Assembly: GCA_951406725.2 (NCBI GenBank)
Contig: OX597818.1
Coordinates: forward strand, 107,508,001-107,572,000
Origin: Octopus vulgaris
Lineage: Eukaryota
Direction of reading: 5' to 3'
DNA: 64,000 nt
Shown here: piece after piece, positions 1 to 13,118 of the stretch
How the letters are laid out: each line of letters opens with the position of its first letter
Position numbering within the stretch: position 1 is the stretch's first letter
The notes under the pieces: model-generated
Databases searched by the model: none
Seen by the model: only the letters and a program-made list of their open reading frames with translations
Told to the model about the DNA's origin: nothing
Program-made: the position numbers and the translations under genes

Positions 1-292
1 AAAATTTATTGACACACATACATACCTGACATAAAATTTATTGACACACATGGATACCTGACATAAAATTTATTGACACACATGCATACCTGACATAAAA
101 ATTATTGACACACATGCATACCTGACATAAAATTTATTGACACACATGCATACCTGACATAAAAATTATTGACACACATGCATACCTGACATAAAATTTA
201 TTGACACACATGGATACCTGACATAAAGATTATTGACACACATGCATACCTGACATAAAAATTATTGACACACACAGGTACCCAACATAAAA
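1..292. repeat. 32-bp minisatellite, about 9 copies, runs off window start
   Basis: Unit AAAATTTATTGACACACATGCATACCTGACAT recurs at 1, 33, 65... with few substitutions. Confidence 0.95.
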
Positions 293-711
293 ATACAGCA
301 TTTTCTCTCTTGAGTAAAATAAGCTGTAATTGAACGTTTCAAAAAGTTCTAAACAAAAGTAAGTGCCATTTCATACAGTCTGATATTAAGGACTTTTTGA
401 CAATAATACTAAAACCACTGCTGATTGCAGCAGTAAATTTTGTCAAATAAATTAGAACTATCAAAGAATCGGAAATTGAAATAACAATACATGTGAGGAA
501 GTTTTTTTCTGTTCCATAATAAAGCATATAGGACAAAGGAAAGAACTGGTATACCATTTAATATTAGGAATGGGATCAAACACACCTGCAGAGATTAGTG
601 ACATCATTGGTCTGCATATATTATTGGCACTGCACAGCAAATTCCCCTTTGTTTCAGGTTGAATTCATGGAATTATTGGTTTAATTCTCCCCATCCTTTA
701 GAAGACAACAT

Positions 712-940
712 ATCTCTGTTATTGTTGCCATACATCTCAAAACAGCCAACTTCCTTGACATGAAATTTAACTCACAAAAAAATCCGCATAAAAATATAAA
801 TACATATAAAGAAAGATAAAAACATTCTGTCTACACATTTATTCTCCAACCTTATTAGCATTATCTCCAGACTCTCTTCTTTATTTTCTAATGAATCTCT
901 ATTCAACAACATCATAGACATACAACGAAGCACTTTACAA
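712..940 (+). pseudogene. Decayed Penelope-like RT/thumb remnant (Naiad-like motifs)
   Basis: Manual translation across stops and frameshifts gives HLKTANFLDMKFN, ISRLSSLFSNESLFNN and TYNEAL. These resemble the PLE NFLD motif and the downstream RLSxLSSxxxxF...YxxAL thumb. Confidence 0.5.
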
Positions 941-2647
941 TACCTGAGGATTAAATGCAATCACACCAGTGAACCACCTGCTGGTGATATCATTTCTGCA
1001 GTAATACTTACAGCTTGAAAAGAAGGACACAAACAAACGTTCAATTTATTGTTGGTTTTTGTTGTTGTTTAACTTTAGTTCCAACCTAACTGAGAAGACC
1101 TATAATCAAAGACAGTTCAGCCATAGGCATTACATAACGGTCATTCCATATGCAAAAATTTGCAATCACGTTTCCTTAAAAATGTAGTATTTTGAAAAAA
1201 AACATGAAGGAGACAAATGGTTAGTTGGATTAGAGATGGCTATAAAGATATTTATCTTGTAGGTACATATGTATATGTATGTGTATCTGTATATATATAT
1301 ATATGGATAGAGAGAGAGAGGGGAGAGAGAGGGGGAGAGAGAGGGGGAGAGAGGAGGAGAGAGAGAGGTAAGTGATAGAAAATAGAATGAATAACATTTT
1401 TTATTTAAAATCACTACAATTGTTTTGAGACAATTTTACATCTGTGGTGTATTGGTGAGATACTGTGTAATCATTATCCAAGGTGTAAAATGAACTTCCT
1501 CAGGTACTTGTTTAAATATGTCCTTTGTTAGATACTCTCATCATTTCACTCAGTATGATAATACCAGTGTGATAATATACATAATGTGTATATGTATATA
1601 TATTGTGTGTTCTGGGTAATATACTTGGAACTAGGCGTATATGACTGATGACATACAAATCTCATGGGAAAATTGCAAACAGCAATCATAAAATTTTGAT
1701 GAAACAAAAGTACTTCCACATGAAATAGGCAGCACTTACATCACATCACAACAATATTTCATACTCTGTGTCTTGAAACTGCAATAGTGGATTTAGGAAA
1801 TTTATTGTTTTACATGAACCGCAAGGAAAACAACCAAAATTATGGAAATAATTTCAATACAGAAAGACAAAACTAGAACATAATCATGCTCCAATTCATC
1901 ATATACAGCCTCACATATATACACATATATATACATATGAATGCATACAAACACACATACATAGATAGAATGAGAGATTTTGTTTGTATAAAGTTTATGA
2001 ATATAGAACAATCCGGAAGAAACTAAATCAATAAGTATATTTCAAATCCTGTTACCTATATCGGAAGTGAATTCTGTGATTTGGACAATTTAAAATTGCT
2101 TTGGAATTAAAAGTTAAAAGCTGATAAGTAAAAATGTTTTAGGAAGCAGATTGTGAAAACAAATTAAAAATAAAAAGCAGCAAATACATTATGACAATAA
2201 CTTAGCAGAATTCCACATGAATTTTTATAGTTAGATAAATAGATTCATTATTTTAGAAGCATAAAATGCTTGACCAGTTATACTCTTATGACAGAAAGAA
2301 CAGATTCACTGCTTTCATTTGTGTGGATAAATTTCAGTAGCATACAAGTAAACTATTTAGCACTCAGTTTTTGACTTTGAAAGAAATCATGAACAGAATA
2401 ACATAAGATGTGTTTTTTTTTTTTTGCAAACAAGGAAAGTACATATAATGTATAATATATTGTTAATAATATCAGGAAATTGATATCAGAAAATTCTTCA
2501 GAAAGATATATACATGTGTAGGATAATTATTGTATTAAAAATATAAATATATATAAATATATGTAAATATGTATAAGTATAAATATATAATAATAATAAT
2601 AAATATAACAGTTTAAAATTTAATAGTTCAAAATTAAGTTTTTAAAG

Positions 2648-2739
2648 CATCTTACGATTGTTTCGCAAAAGTATTGTCTCTATAATGGAATCCTATACTG
2701 ATAAAGATTTATAGACAATACTTTTGCTCTTCAGAGATA
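2648..2739 (-). ncRNA. Type I hammerhead ribozyme motif with canonical core
   Basis: Minus strand reads UAUCU-CUGAAGA-[GCAAAAGUAUUGUCU...AGACAAUACUUUUGC, perfect 15-bp stem II]-GAAA-C-AAUC-G-UA-AGAUG. Stem I is UAUCU/AGAUG and the cleavage triplet is GUA. Confidence 0.75.
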
Positions 2740-3584
2740 TAAAATGTGAAGCTTGTATAATTTATCGAATGGTGATTTTTAAAAATATGAAGTAATATGG
2801 GAAAATGGTGTTTGCTTGAAATATAAATTAAAAGTTACTTGGAAAGTATATCTTATGAATGGAATGTTGTCAAATGCTAAAGAATATCCAGTGTTGATAG
2901 AGTATTTGGAAAATGAGCCAAACATTTTTTACCTGTAATAAACATGTTTGTTCCATATTCTCTCAAAGAAAATTTCTGAATTTCAAACTTTCCTGTTTTG
3001 AAATTATCTGAAAAGCTGCAACATAAGATTCACCAAAGAAAAAAAAAAGGCAGAAAGAATCTTAAAATTATTTAAGAATGCTGAGTGAAACAGAATTAAC
3101 TCTGCCAATTTTCATTATGACAATTCTCGTTCATTGTATAACTATTTTAAAGATAATTAACATTGGGTAATTTACAATATAATACAGTAATATACAACAT
3201 GCTTAAACTTATTCGATTGCATAAGATGAGGCACACCATTTGCATATTGACCACTCTCTGTTTTGAATTGTGCCAGAAAACTTCCTGCTTTTGTTAGAAT
3301 TCCTATTTTAAGGATTCTATACATTCTTTGGATACTGTTTTTTTAACTTGGATGAATAAATCAGATAAGTAGAAATATAAATACCTATATATTACAAATT
3401 TCTGCAATAATATTCTGTTTTTTTTTTTTTGCTATAAATCCATAAAATTTTTTATAGAACAGAAAGAAGTCTTTGAATACGTTATGGATTTTCTTTTAAC
3501 TGCAATGATCTCTTCTTTCTTACTGTATAAGCAATTTGTAAGTACCACTGGTATTACCTCATTTCAGATAAAATAAAATCAATG

Positions 3585-3882
3585 TATGCATACACACACA
3601 CACATGGATGCACACACACATTCACAGAAACACATGGACATGTGCACACACACACTTCACTCACACACATGCACTCACACACACATGTACATGCAGACAC
3701 ACACACATGTACATGCAGACACACACACATTCACAGACACATGTGCACATGCATACACATTCACTCACATGCATGCATTCCACACACACATGCACACACA
3801 CATGTTCATACACACATGCACACATGCACGCACACATGCACGCATTCACACACACACACACACGCATACAGACACACACATA
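3585..3882. repeat. Degenerate (CA)n/CATG low-complexity tract
   Basis: Imperfect CA repeats; the HT-rich ORFs here are artefacts. Confidence 0.9.
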
Positions 3883-4532
3883 CAAATAACTTAGTTGTTG
3901 TCATAAGTCTGTTAGTTCAACATGTATTTTGGTGTTGAGAAATATCAAACAATTCTTTAACAAATAAAATAACCTTAAAAATGGAGAAAAACCATTGGTT
4001 AATAGAAGTTGGTGAAAGTATCTGAAATAAAGTTTCACATTTCCACATTTCTTTTGTTGAGGCAGATTTTTAAAAATCTAAACCAGAAACAAAATAGGAT
4101 AACATTGATTTGAAAATGAAGCCTTTAAAATAATGTTTTTTTCTCCATATTTTGCAGGAAGAAAAAAAAACCGAAATCTTTATACTGAATTCAGCAGAAG
4201 TGTATTGTCAATGTTGTCAGAGAATATCAAAATCCAGAAGCATCGTTATTTAAAATTTACTTTCAAAAGTAAAATTTATAAAATATGATTTTAAAAAGAA
4301 AGTGATAAATTTTTCCTATTTTTTACCTTTCACTTCTATATGATTTTACTTTTTAAACTTTTCTATTTGTCAAACAAACAAGTTAGACATCTTCCATTTA
4401 TTTTTTTCTTACATTATTTACACATATATATGTGTGTGTGTGCATAAGTGAGTGTGTGTGTCTGCAAGTGCATATGTACACATATAGGTATATACGTGTA
4501 TACATATATATACACACACATACACACACACT

Positions 4533-4660
<128 letters not shown>

Positions 4661-5063
4661 ATGAAAATCCATTTTTCTGAGCTACAAATTCACTAAAGTC
4701 TGAAATTTCTTTGAAATGTTATATAATCTGCATATATTGCCAAGTATATCGCTTTTATACAATATTATCAAAAGAAGAATAACTAAATTAATTTGTCAGG
4801 TATTAATTTCTGAAATAGTTGCAAGGCCACTCGTTTTGGAGGGAAAAGGGTTCAGGAGATTTAATTAACCCCAGTAGGATGGATGGTAAAGTTGACCGTA
4901 GCAAGATTTAAGCTTTGAACAGAAACAAACATAACAGCAAAAGGATTTCTCCAACAGGCTGTATTCTGACAATGCACTCTCTTCTTTTAATTTACAAAAT
5001 ATCTACCCTTTAGCAATCATGTTACTCTGACAAATGATTATTTATTCATTTTGCTTTGAATTA

Positions 5064-5404
5064 CCGTATTTGATGGTCTATAAGATGCACCTTTTTTTAA
5101 ACTAAAAATGACTCAAAATATCTCCCTGTATCCAGTGCACTTAATGTAGGCTCAAAACTCGCTCAAAACGGTATGTATGTTTATAAAACATGTGCTGCCA
5201 TCTATTGGTGAACAATCGCCTATGGTATGTTTATAATGAATGTGGATGCAATAAATTGCTTATAATTACCGGTAATAACATAAAGTTATATAAGTAAGTA
5301 GACGAATTAAAACATTATTTTAGTGGTAATTTATTTTGCAAAAGTATAGCCTAGGCTAGGGTGCATCCTATGCACTCGTGTGTCTTGTAGGCCATCAAAT
5401 ATGG
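5064..5404. mobile_element. Tc1/mariner-pogo-type MITE
   Basis: TIRs CCGTATTTGATGGTCTATAAGATGCAC / GTGTGTCTTGTAGGCCATCAAATATGG, TA on both sides (5062-63, 5405-06), no ORF. Confidence 0.8.
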
Positions 5405-5476
5405 TAATCATTCATTATCTTGTAACTTCTTGAGCCTCACTGGTAGTGAACACAGCATTAGAACCTGTGCAAAGGC

Positions 5477-5507
<31 letters not shown>

Positions 5508-5775
5508 TTAACTTTCCTGACCCTTAAACTCTACCTTCTATAAGAAACAAAAGTGAATATACTCAAAACTCATCATGTTTTTTTGGGTCATACAGCATTA
5601 ATATTATTAAGAGGATGTCAGAGTTAATTATGTCTGTCTCAACTTTCAAGAACAGCTTTTGTTCTACCCATTTCATAGTAAAATTTCCCACAATACCGGT
5701 GACTACTTCCCAGTTTTTATCCCCCTGAAGGTATGTTCCAAACTAGACTTGGAGTCCTTTATCCAGAACTATAGA

Positions 5776-6235
5776 GGTAATATTTATACCCACTCAAACG
5801 TGGATGTTCTGCGAGGACCAACTATACTGCAGTTGTTTCCATGAGAGAAACTCTCATATTGGCGTTTGGTGCAAAATGTATTCTTGTTTGCATATCGATA
5901 TAAACAAGAGTCTATTTTGCAGCAAAAGCCAATATGAGAGTTCCTTTCATGCAATGAAGTTTGTTCTAACAGAACGTTCACATTTAAATGGGGCTAAATA
6001 TTACCAGTTGGTATTAATTCCACCTCCTCTGTGGCTAATATATACTTCTAACAAGCCCACTGGCCAATCGCAATGATGGTGCCTGTTGTGGCACCGATTT
6101 TATCTTCCTGCTAATCATATAAACAAGCATGCATTTTGCACCAAAAGCTCAGATCAAAGTTTCTCCTGTGGTATCTAGTGCAGTAAAGTCTCTTATAACA
6201 GAACACCCACGTTTATGTAGGGGTAAATATTATCC
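5776..6235. mobile_element. Fold-back/MITE-like element, arm A + A' + spacer + second A'
   Basis: 5776-5896 is the reverse complement of 5897-6005 (centre ATATCGATAT) and also of 6116-6235. Confidence 0.65.
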
Positions 6236-6265
6236 CTCAGTGTTACTGCTGCACCTGTAGCACAC

Positions 6266-6462
6266 CGGTCGAAATGCTTAGCAGTATTTCATCTGCCGTT
6301 ATGTTCTGAGTTCAAATTCTGCCGAGGTCGATTTTGCCTTTCATCCTTTCAGCGTCAATTAGATAAGTACCAATTATGCACTAGGGTTGATGTAATCGAC
6401 TTAATCCCTTTGTCTGTCCTTGTTTGTCCCCTCTATGTTTAGCCCCCTGTGGACAATAAAGA
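6266..6462 (+). mobile_element. SINE family B (tRNA-like head; central GCCTTTCATCCTTTC..GTC.AT...AAGTACCA domain)
   Basis: B-box-like GAGTTCAAATTC. Related copies at 17741-17960(+), 35232-35443(-), 38953-39163(-), 46716-46932(-); degenerate copies near 4820-4960 and 62640-62800. Confidence 0.8.
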
Positions 6463-6479
6463 CATATATATATTTTTTT

Positions 6480-7000
6480 TTTTCAAAAGTACAGAGACAA
6501 AAGATGCCATTCATTGTGATAGAATTGCTTTGCCAGGTTCCAAACTGCGAGCTCACTGACTGTTCTTGTTTAATGTGGGACCTTGTAAACTCTTCCAGAG
6601 TACTGCCAACCATCTCAACTACCACCTCTATTTCCATCATATTTTACATATTGTCTATGTATACAGATACGAAATTCCTGTCACTTAGTTCAAGCAAGCA
6701 ATCCCTCGATGTCTTCAACCTCTGCAGTCCTCTGCAAATATTATATTTGGGTGGTTTTCTATCCATGAAGACCATACACATCAGCTCCAACTCTTTGGAA
6801 TAAAAACAAGGGAATCAAGAAGATTCCCTGATGCAACCGATAACTAGAATACCAGTGCCATTCCTATTCAAACTTGGTACTATTATTTCTCAATCTTGTT
6901 TTACCATTTTCATCATTCTGTTGTGGCTCTTGTAGGTTGGCACTCTATTGATCTTTGTTTCGGTTACTTGGTATCCTTCCATGAGCAAATTCTAACCTGT
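6480..7000 (-). pseudogene. Possible highly decayed LINE RT fragment
   Basis: Minus strand gives NRVP, RLHQGIFLIPLFL and IFAED in the order expected for DRVP, GxxQGxxLSPLLF and FADD, with many stops. Confidence 0.3.
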
Positions 7001-8569
7001 TCATGGATTCATGGCTGTTGTTAATGCTTCCTGATCATTGATGTTGCAGATGGTTGGCACCATCCACAGTTATTTCCCTTTGGCCACAGCCAAGGACCCA
7101 CAGTTCTTCCAACTGGTCTGCAGTCTGCTTTGTGAACTCCTGCATCTGCTTTCTGCAATTTATGTATCTGTTTATTTTTTTGAATTCCATTTACCTCCTC
7201 CCCATCAAGGGTGTCTTACCATCCCAAGGCATGCAACATTGCACTTGTATTCTATCAATGTCGTCTGCTTTTATCATGACTATGTACCTTGTTTGTTCAC
7301 TCGTGCTGTCAGTAAAGGATAGATTCACCTTCGTTACTCTTGTTTTCATTGTTTTTGTTCTTACCTGGAATTCTGTTGTTGTTATCGTGGTAGTCATTAT
7401 TGATATCGTTGTTGCTCCACTCTGTAAAGAAACACCAGTGCAATAATGATAACAAAGTCTATTGTTGCCTACTGATCAATCTATCTAGGTACAATGTGGA
7501 TGATCCATTGGGATTGTTTCACACCTATACAGGTACATACAGGAAATGCAACTAGTACCTGTTGGACAACTGAAAATGTTTGAGTAGGTTTTCATGGAAT
7601 TTGTACCCTCCTCCTATGGTTCAATGTGCACATTCCCATTGTGCATCTGAAATAAAATTCTAATGTCCACTAGTATCAAAGAGTAGAATGCTTCCGATGA
7701 GTTTTCTTGGTGTCTAATGACATCTATCTGTCCGGCACTGGTAAAGACATGCACAGCTACTTGTCTGGGGGTACTATTTTTATTATTGTTCAATCTGCTA
7801 CTATCAATTTACCACTTGACTCCAAGAAGATCGTCTGTACCTCCAGCCCTAATTACTTCTGGAATAGCAGTGTCACACAGCCATCAGATCTAATAGATTA
7901 CAAGTGAGTACGTTTTGTAGTCATCAAAAATGGGGCTGGGTGCATTCATTCCAGTAATTTTCACTTCAGTGATGCTACCGAATCTATGTCTAGTGACCCA
8001 GATAGTTGAACAAGTGACTTTGCTTCCAAGCTAAGCCAAGATCATGCATTGGTACATTCACGCATCCTTTCCCAAACAAAGCTTTTTCATCAGAGAAAAC
8101 AGAAGTGGTTCCTTCAAAAGGGGCCAATATATTAGTTCCTTCTTCAAAAGCATGTCCCTTAAAAGGTACTTCTGATGATTTTATTTTTGTTTTTGTCTAC
8201 CTTTTTTCTGAAAATCCCTACACTTCCTAGGAATTTGGTCAAGAGAGTATTGCATACATCTGCTGAGGTTTTTGTTAATAAATTTCTCTTTGGATATCTG
8301 GAGAATGAGTTTCTCACTTCCACCCCTCCACCCCACTTGTGTTACCACAGTTCTGTTAAGCAGTCCATCATCTTCTGTGTTTTTTTGCTTATAATAGTGA
8401 AGCTGATGCTGTTTTTCTTCCTGTGTGTTTGGCTGTAACAACTACAACAGCTACGATGACAATGATGACATCATCAACAACAACAACAACAGTCTCAAAT
8501 TTTATCTGTCTGCCAGTGATGTGTGTGGGATGGTAGTGAGGATGAGAGGTTAGGTGGCTGCAGTGTCAG

Positions 8570-8662
8570 TGATGATGACGACGACGACGATGATGATGAT
8601 GATGATCATCATGATCATCATCATTATGATGATGATGATCATTATGATGATGATGATGATCA

Positions 8663-8700
<38 letters not shown>

Positions 8701-8771
8701 CGACGATGATGATAATGATCATTATGATGATGCTGATGATGATGATGATGATGATGCTGATGATGATGATG
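8570..8771. repeat. (GAT)n-type trinucleotide tract
   Basis: Direct reading. Confidence 0.92.
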
Positions 8772-9119
8772 CAGGAAATGTTGTTCTCAGAAAAAGCTAA
8801 CCTTGACTCCACTCTTTAAACTCTGTCCTGACCTCGTGTGTATCTGCTACATCACCACTCATTGATTCTTTCTGATTCTTCACCTCTCATACCAAGTCTC
8901 TCATTATATTTCCACTTCTGTGACTTTCTTTTCACTTGCCTCCACCCACCCACCCACTCCACCCCAACCCCTCCTTTCCCCAACAGTCTTTTGTTTTATT
9001 TTCGCAAATACCACCTGCATGCTTGAACAGAAGAATACTATTCCAGTAGAGAAGAGATTGATAGATGCGAGAGGCTGAGGGGCGAAAGATGGAAAGAAAC
9101 AGTGAATGTCTATGCTGAG

Positions 9120-9151
<32 letters not shown>

Positions 9152-10804
9152 GAGGGGAACATGCGCTTGGAACTTTGGTGAGGAGAGACATGGAAAAGGG
9201 GGAGAGAGTGTACATTTGCATGTGTGTGTGTGTGGTGTGTGTGTGTGTGTGTGTTGGTGAGCGTGTGTTTGGGAGGTGTGATTTCTATGTGCATGTCCAA
9301 AACCATACCTTGAAAGAGTAAGGGACAGTGTTCTACCAAAAGTAAACAAGAACGAGAGATTGTGGAGCAAAGGACTAATAGTGTGACTGTATGTGTCAGA
9401 GAAAGACAGATGCTTCTGAGAGAGAGAGAGAGAGAGAGGGGCAGAATAGAGTGGATGTATGTATGTGAGAATGGGATTTCTTAAAGTAAGAGAGAGCAAA
9501 GGAAAACAGTAAATGATGGAGTGGAGGGGGTTAATTTGAATTGAAAGAACAAGAGGAAAATGAAGATGCAATGTAAGAAAGGAAAAATATAGATTGTGTG
9601 TGCAGTGAGGGAGCTGAAGTTTGAGCTGCTTCTTCTTAAAAATTATGCCATGATACATAATAGATGAAGTGTCATGCCCATTGGAAGCAAAAAAAAAAAA
9701 AAGAAAGGAAGGAAGGAAAAACGATGCCTGAGTTGTCAGTCTTTTCTCCTATCTTTAGCTACCCCAGTGTATATATGTGTGTTTATGTATAAATGTTTAA
9801 AATCAATATGCCTTTAAGAAAAGAATTTCCCAACATTTTAGATTGAACTGTTTGGAAAAGAAAAAGAGAATGGCTCTTTTTTTTTTACCCCTCCATCATT
9901 AATCGATGTATGACTTTAATGTATGTATATATGCATGCATTTATGTATGTATATATTTATGTATATATGTATGCATGCATTTATGTATGTATGCATGCAT
10001 TTATGTATGTATGTATGCATGTATGTATGTATGTGTGTGTGTGTATGTGTGTATGTATGTAAGTATGTATGTATGTATGTATGTATGTATGTGTGCATGT
10101 GTATATGTATGTATATATGTATTGCATATGGTATGTATTCATGTTTATTTTTTAAACCAAAGAAATCTTCCTATTAAGTAGTCACTAGTTTCTTACAAGT
10201 AAACAAAGGAAGTTGGTTATAAGCAACAGTAGAATCTTCTATATTGAATTTTAGAAATGTCTTGCATATTTCCTTTGTTCTAATTACAAGTTCAATTTCC
10301 AGAATACAGGTACTCTCTTACCTTGCCTGAAATCTCCAGCTTTTCCAGACAATATAAAAAAAAAATCTTTATAAAATTATTATGCCAGTAATTTCTGGTA
10401 TAAATGCAAAGATATAATCTAGATTAAGAATATATTGATTTCAAAGTTAATTATGAAATTTTTCTTTCTTATTAACATTTAATGAAATGTTCACAGCTTC
10501 AGTTTGTTCTGTTTCTCAAACCAAAATATTGGATTTGGTGTGCTTGAAGTTAATTGAAGATTCTATTGGAATGTTTCCCTATTGTACGATGCCTTGAACC
10601 ATTGGAATATTCTGAACAGAAATATTACCTGTATTTATGACTGCCAGTTTAACTTATGAACAATTAAGTGGATGTTACCATTCATCAGGAAGTGAAGCAA
10701 ACAAAAAACTTTGAAATTACAGGAGATACATCAGCTTAAATATTCTGGTCAAGAAAGGCAACGAAGACAACGTCAAAATTATGAGATATATGTGTGTGTG
10801 TGTG

Positions 10805-11050
10805 TGGCACACAAAAAACACCATTCGAGTGTGGTCGATGCCAGTACCACTTGACTGGCCCCCTCATGCCAGTGGCATGTAAAAAGCAACCACTACACTC
10901 TGGTTGGCATTAGGAAGGGCATCCAGCCATAGAAACCAAGCCAAATCAAACTGGAACCTGTTGCAGCTCTCCAGCCTGCTAGCTCTGGTTAAACTATCCA
11001 TCTCATGCCAACATGGAAAATAGATGTTAAAGGATGATGATGATGATGAT
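10805..11050 (+). mobile_element. Repeat family C (RTE-LINE 3' tail or RTE-partner SINE) ending in (GAT)n
   Basis: Core GGTTGGCATTAGGAAGGGCATCCAGC...CATGCCAACATGGAAAA..GATGTTAAA(GAT)n. Other copies: 11095-11246(-), 15231-15355(-), 19762-20002(-), 26720-26957(+), 44205-44655(+), 44690-44885(+), 49645-50075(+), 50612-50885(-), 51843-52126(-), 59210-59450(+), 60455-60660(+). Confidence 0.85.
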
Positions 11051-11259
11051 GTATATATTATATGTTGTATATATATACATATTATGTATATAGCATCATC
11101 ATCATCATTATCATTTAATGTCAGCCTTCCATGGTTGCATGGGTTTGATGATTTGACATGAGCTGGCCAGGTACAAGAAAGCACCAAACTTCTGTGTCCG
11201 TTTTCACATGGCTTATTAAGGCTGAATGCCCTTCCTAACACCAACGACATATGTGAGTG

Positions 11260-11320
<61 letters not shown>

Positions 11321-11322
<2 letters not shown>

Positions 11323-12627
11323 GAACTATATGGTCGTTACATTGACGACATTATCGGTGCCACCTCACTCTCCCGTGAACATCTAGATTCCTTCCTCTCT
11401 TTCGTCCAATCTTTCCATCCAGCCCTCCACTTCACTTCCACTATCTCCAACACCTCTGTCTCCTTCCTCGACATTTCGGTTAGCATTCTTCACTCCACTC
11501 TTACCACCTCCATTCACTACAAACACACAGACTCACACTCATACCTCAACTTCTCTTCCTCCCACCCAGAACACACCAAGCTTTCCATCCCCTATTCCCA
11601 ATTCCTCCGTCTACGTAGGCTCTGTAGTGACGACCATGACTTTGAGACTCAGTCTCAACGTATGGCTCACCACTTCACCCTACGTGGATACCCCCTCACC
11701 ACTATCCACACTGCCCTTGCCAGAGCACGGTCTGTGGACCGTGTATCTGCTCTCTCTCCCCGAACCCACCCTGTAGTCTCCCGCCTCCCTTTTCCCCTCA
11801 CTTACCACCCCACGACCCTACCTCTCCAACGCACCATTCTTCGAGCTTTCTGTCATCTCCAGTCCGACCCGTCCACTTCACACCTCTTCCCTAACCGACC
11901 CCTCCCCTCTTTCAAACGAGCCCACAACCTTCGAGACCTTTTGGTCCATAGCTCCTTCCCTGACCCTACCTCCCAACCCGGCTCGTTCCCCTGCTCCCGC
12001 CCACGTTGCCGCACTTGCCCTTACCTCTCCAACACCACCCTCCTCACTAGCACCCATCATCGACCCTATCCCATCATCCACTCCTTCACCTGCACCTCCA
12101 GCAATATTATCTATTGCGTCTCTTGCTCTCTCTGCCATTCCTTGTACATCGGACAAATGGGACGCTGCTTGGCTGACCGGTTCGCGGAACACCTTCGTGA
12201 CATCCACCTTGCGAACGACACACCGGTCTCTCGCCATTTCCGCTCCACCGGTCACTCCTTGCAACACCTATCTGTGTTCGGTTTGTCCTTACACAGAGGC
12301 CATCCGGATTCCCGTTTGCGCCGTGAACAGGAATTAATCTTCTCTCTTTGCTCTTATACGCCATTTGGTCTCAACTCTCCCCCTCCTCATCTAACCCCCA
12401 CTCCCCCCTCCTCACCTACCTTTCCCCCCGACCCCTACTTCTTCAGTCCTTCATCCTTTCACCCCTACTCCCCTTCCCTTCTTCCTCCCTCCTTCCCTCT
12501 TCCCCTTCCCTCTGCTCCCTCACTCCCCTTCCTTCTCCCCCTCCTCTCCTCCCCCTTTTCTCCCCCTCCCTCTCTTCTCCTCTCTCCACACTACACCACA
12601 CGACTTTACACATCACATCATATATGA
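11321..12627 (+). CDS. Partial PLE polyprotein: RT C-terminal half, thumb, Cys linker, GIY-YIG endonuclease
   Basis: Uninterrupted frame with YGRYIDDI, SFLDI, HYKHTDSHSYLNFSSSHP, SIPYSQFLRLRR, CSRPRCRTC and NIIYCVSCSLCHSLYIGQMGRCLADRFAEH...PFGLN. The ORF-track start at 11257 lies in the (TA)n and is spurious. Confidence 0.9.
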
Positions 12628-13080
12628 TGTGCCATACTAATACATACACCAACTAATACATACTAATACATACTAATACATACTAATACATACACCAACC
12701 CTATACATACACACGTCCAGACCTCTCATACGCACTAATACTCTCTCATACACACACACACACACACACACACCCTTATACATACTAATACGTACTAATA
12801 CATACTAATACATACTAATACATACTAATACATACACCAACCCTATACATACACACGTCCAGACCTCTCATACGCACTAATACTCTCTCATACACACACA
12901 CACACACACACCCTTATGTTGGAGCTGGTCACTCAACCCTATTATCTCCCCTAATTTCACTCTCGCGTCTCATGTTTGATCTTTGACTTCTGGCCGAAAT
13001 CAGATCGCCATGTTGATTCGTTAGTTACTGCATGCATTTTTTTTTCTCTCCTTCTTTTTGTGTTTTTTTCTCTCTGTGTA

Positions 13081-13118
13081 TCTTTCTGTTGAAGAGCGTA
13101 GGCTCGAAACGTTAAAGA
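13081..13118 (+). ncRNA. Minimal HHR-like motif in PLE 3' region (variant core CUGUUGA)
   Basis: UCUUU-CUGUUGA-A-GAGC(GUAG)GCUC-GAAA-CG-UU-AAAGA; stem I UCUUU/AAAGA; palindromic AACGUU replaces stem III. Confidence 0.65.

Noticed and set aside
1-292. 32-bp repeats as a CRISPR array
   Set aside because: Units are contiguous with no unique spacers, there are no cas genes, and the context is eukaryotic
1640-1680. CTGATGA...GAAA as a hammerhead
   Set aside because: Stem II is only about 3 bp and there is no stem I complement
11878-12364. Antisense ORFs within the PLE
   Set aside because: Shadow frames of a C-rich coding strand with no motifs
12970-13012. Hairpin in the PLE 3' region as a SECIS element or second HHR
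   Set aside because: No clear SECIS quartet or apical AA, no in-frame UGA within the coding domains, and no CUGANGA core
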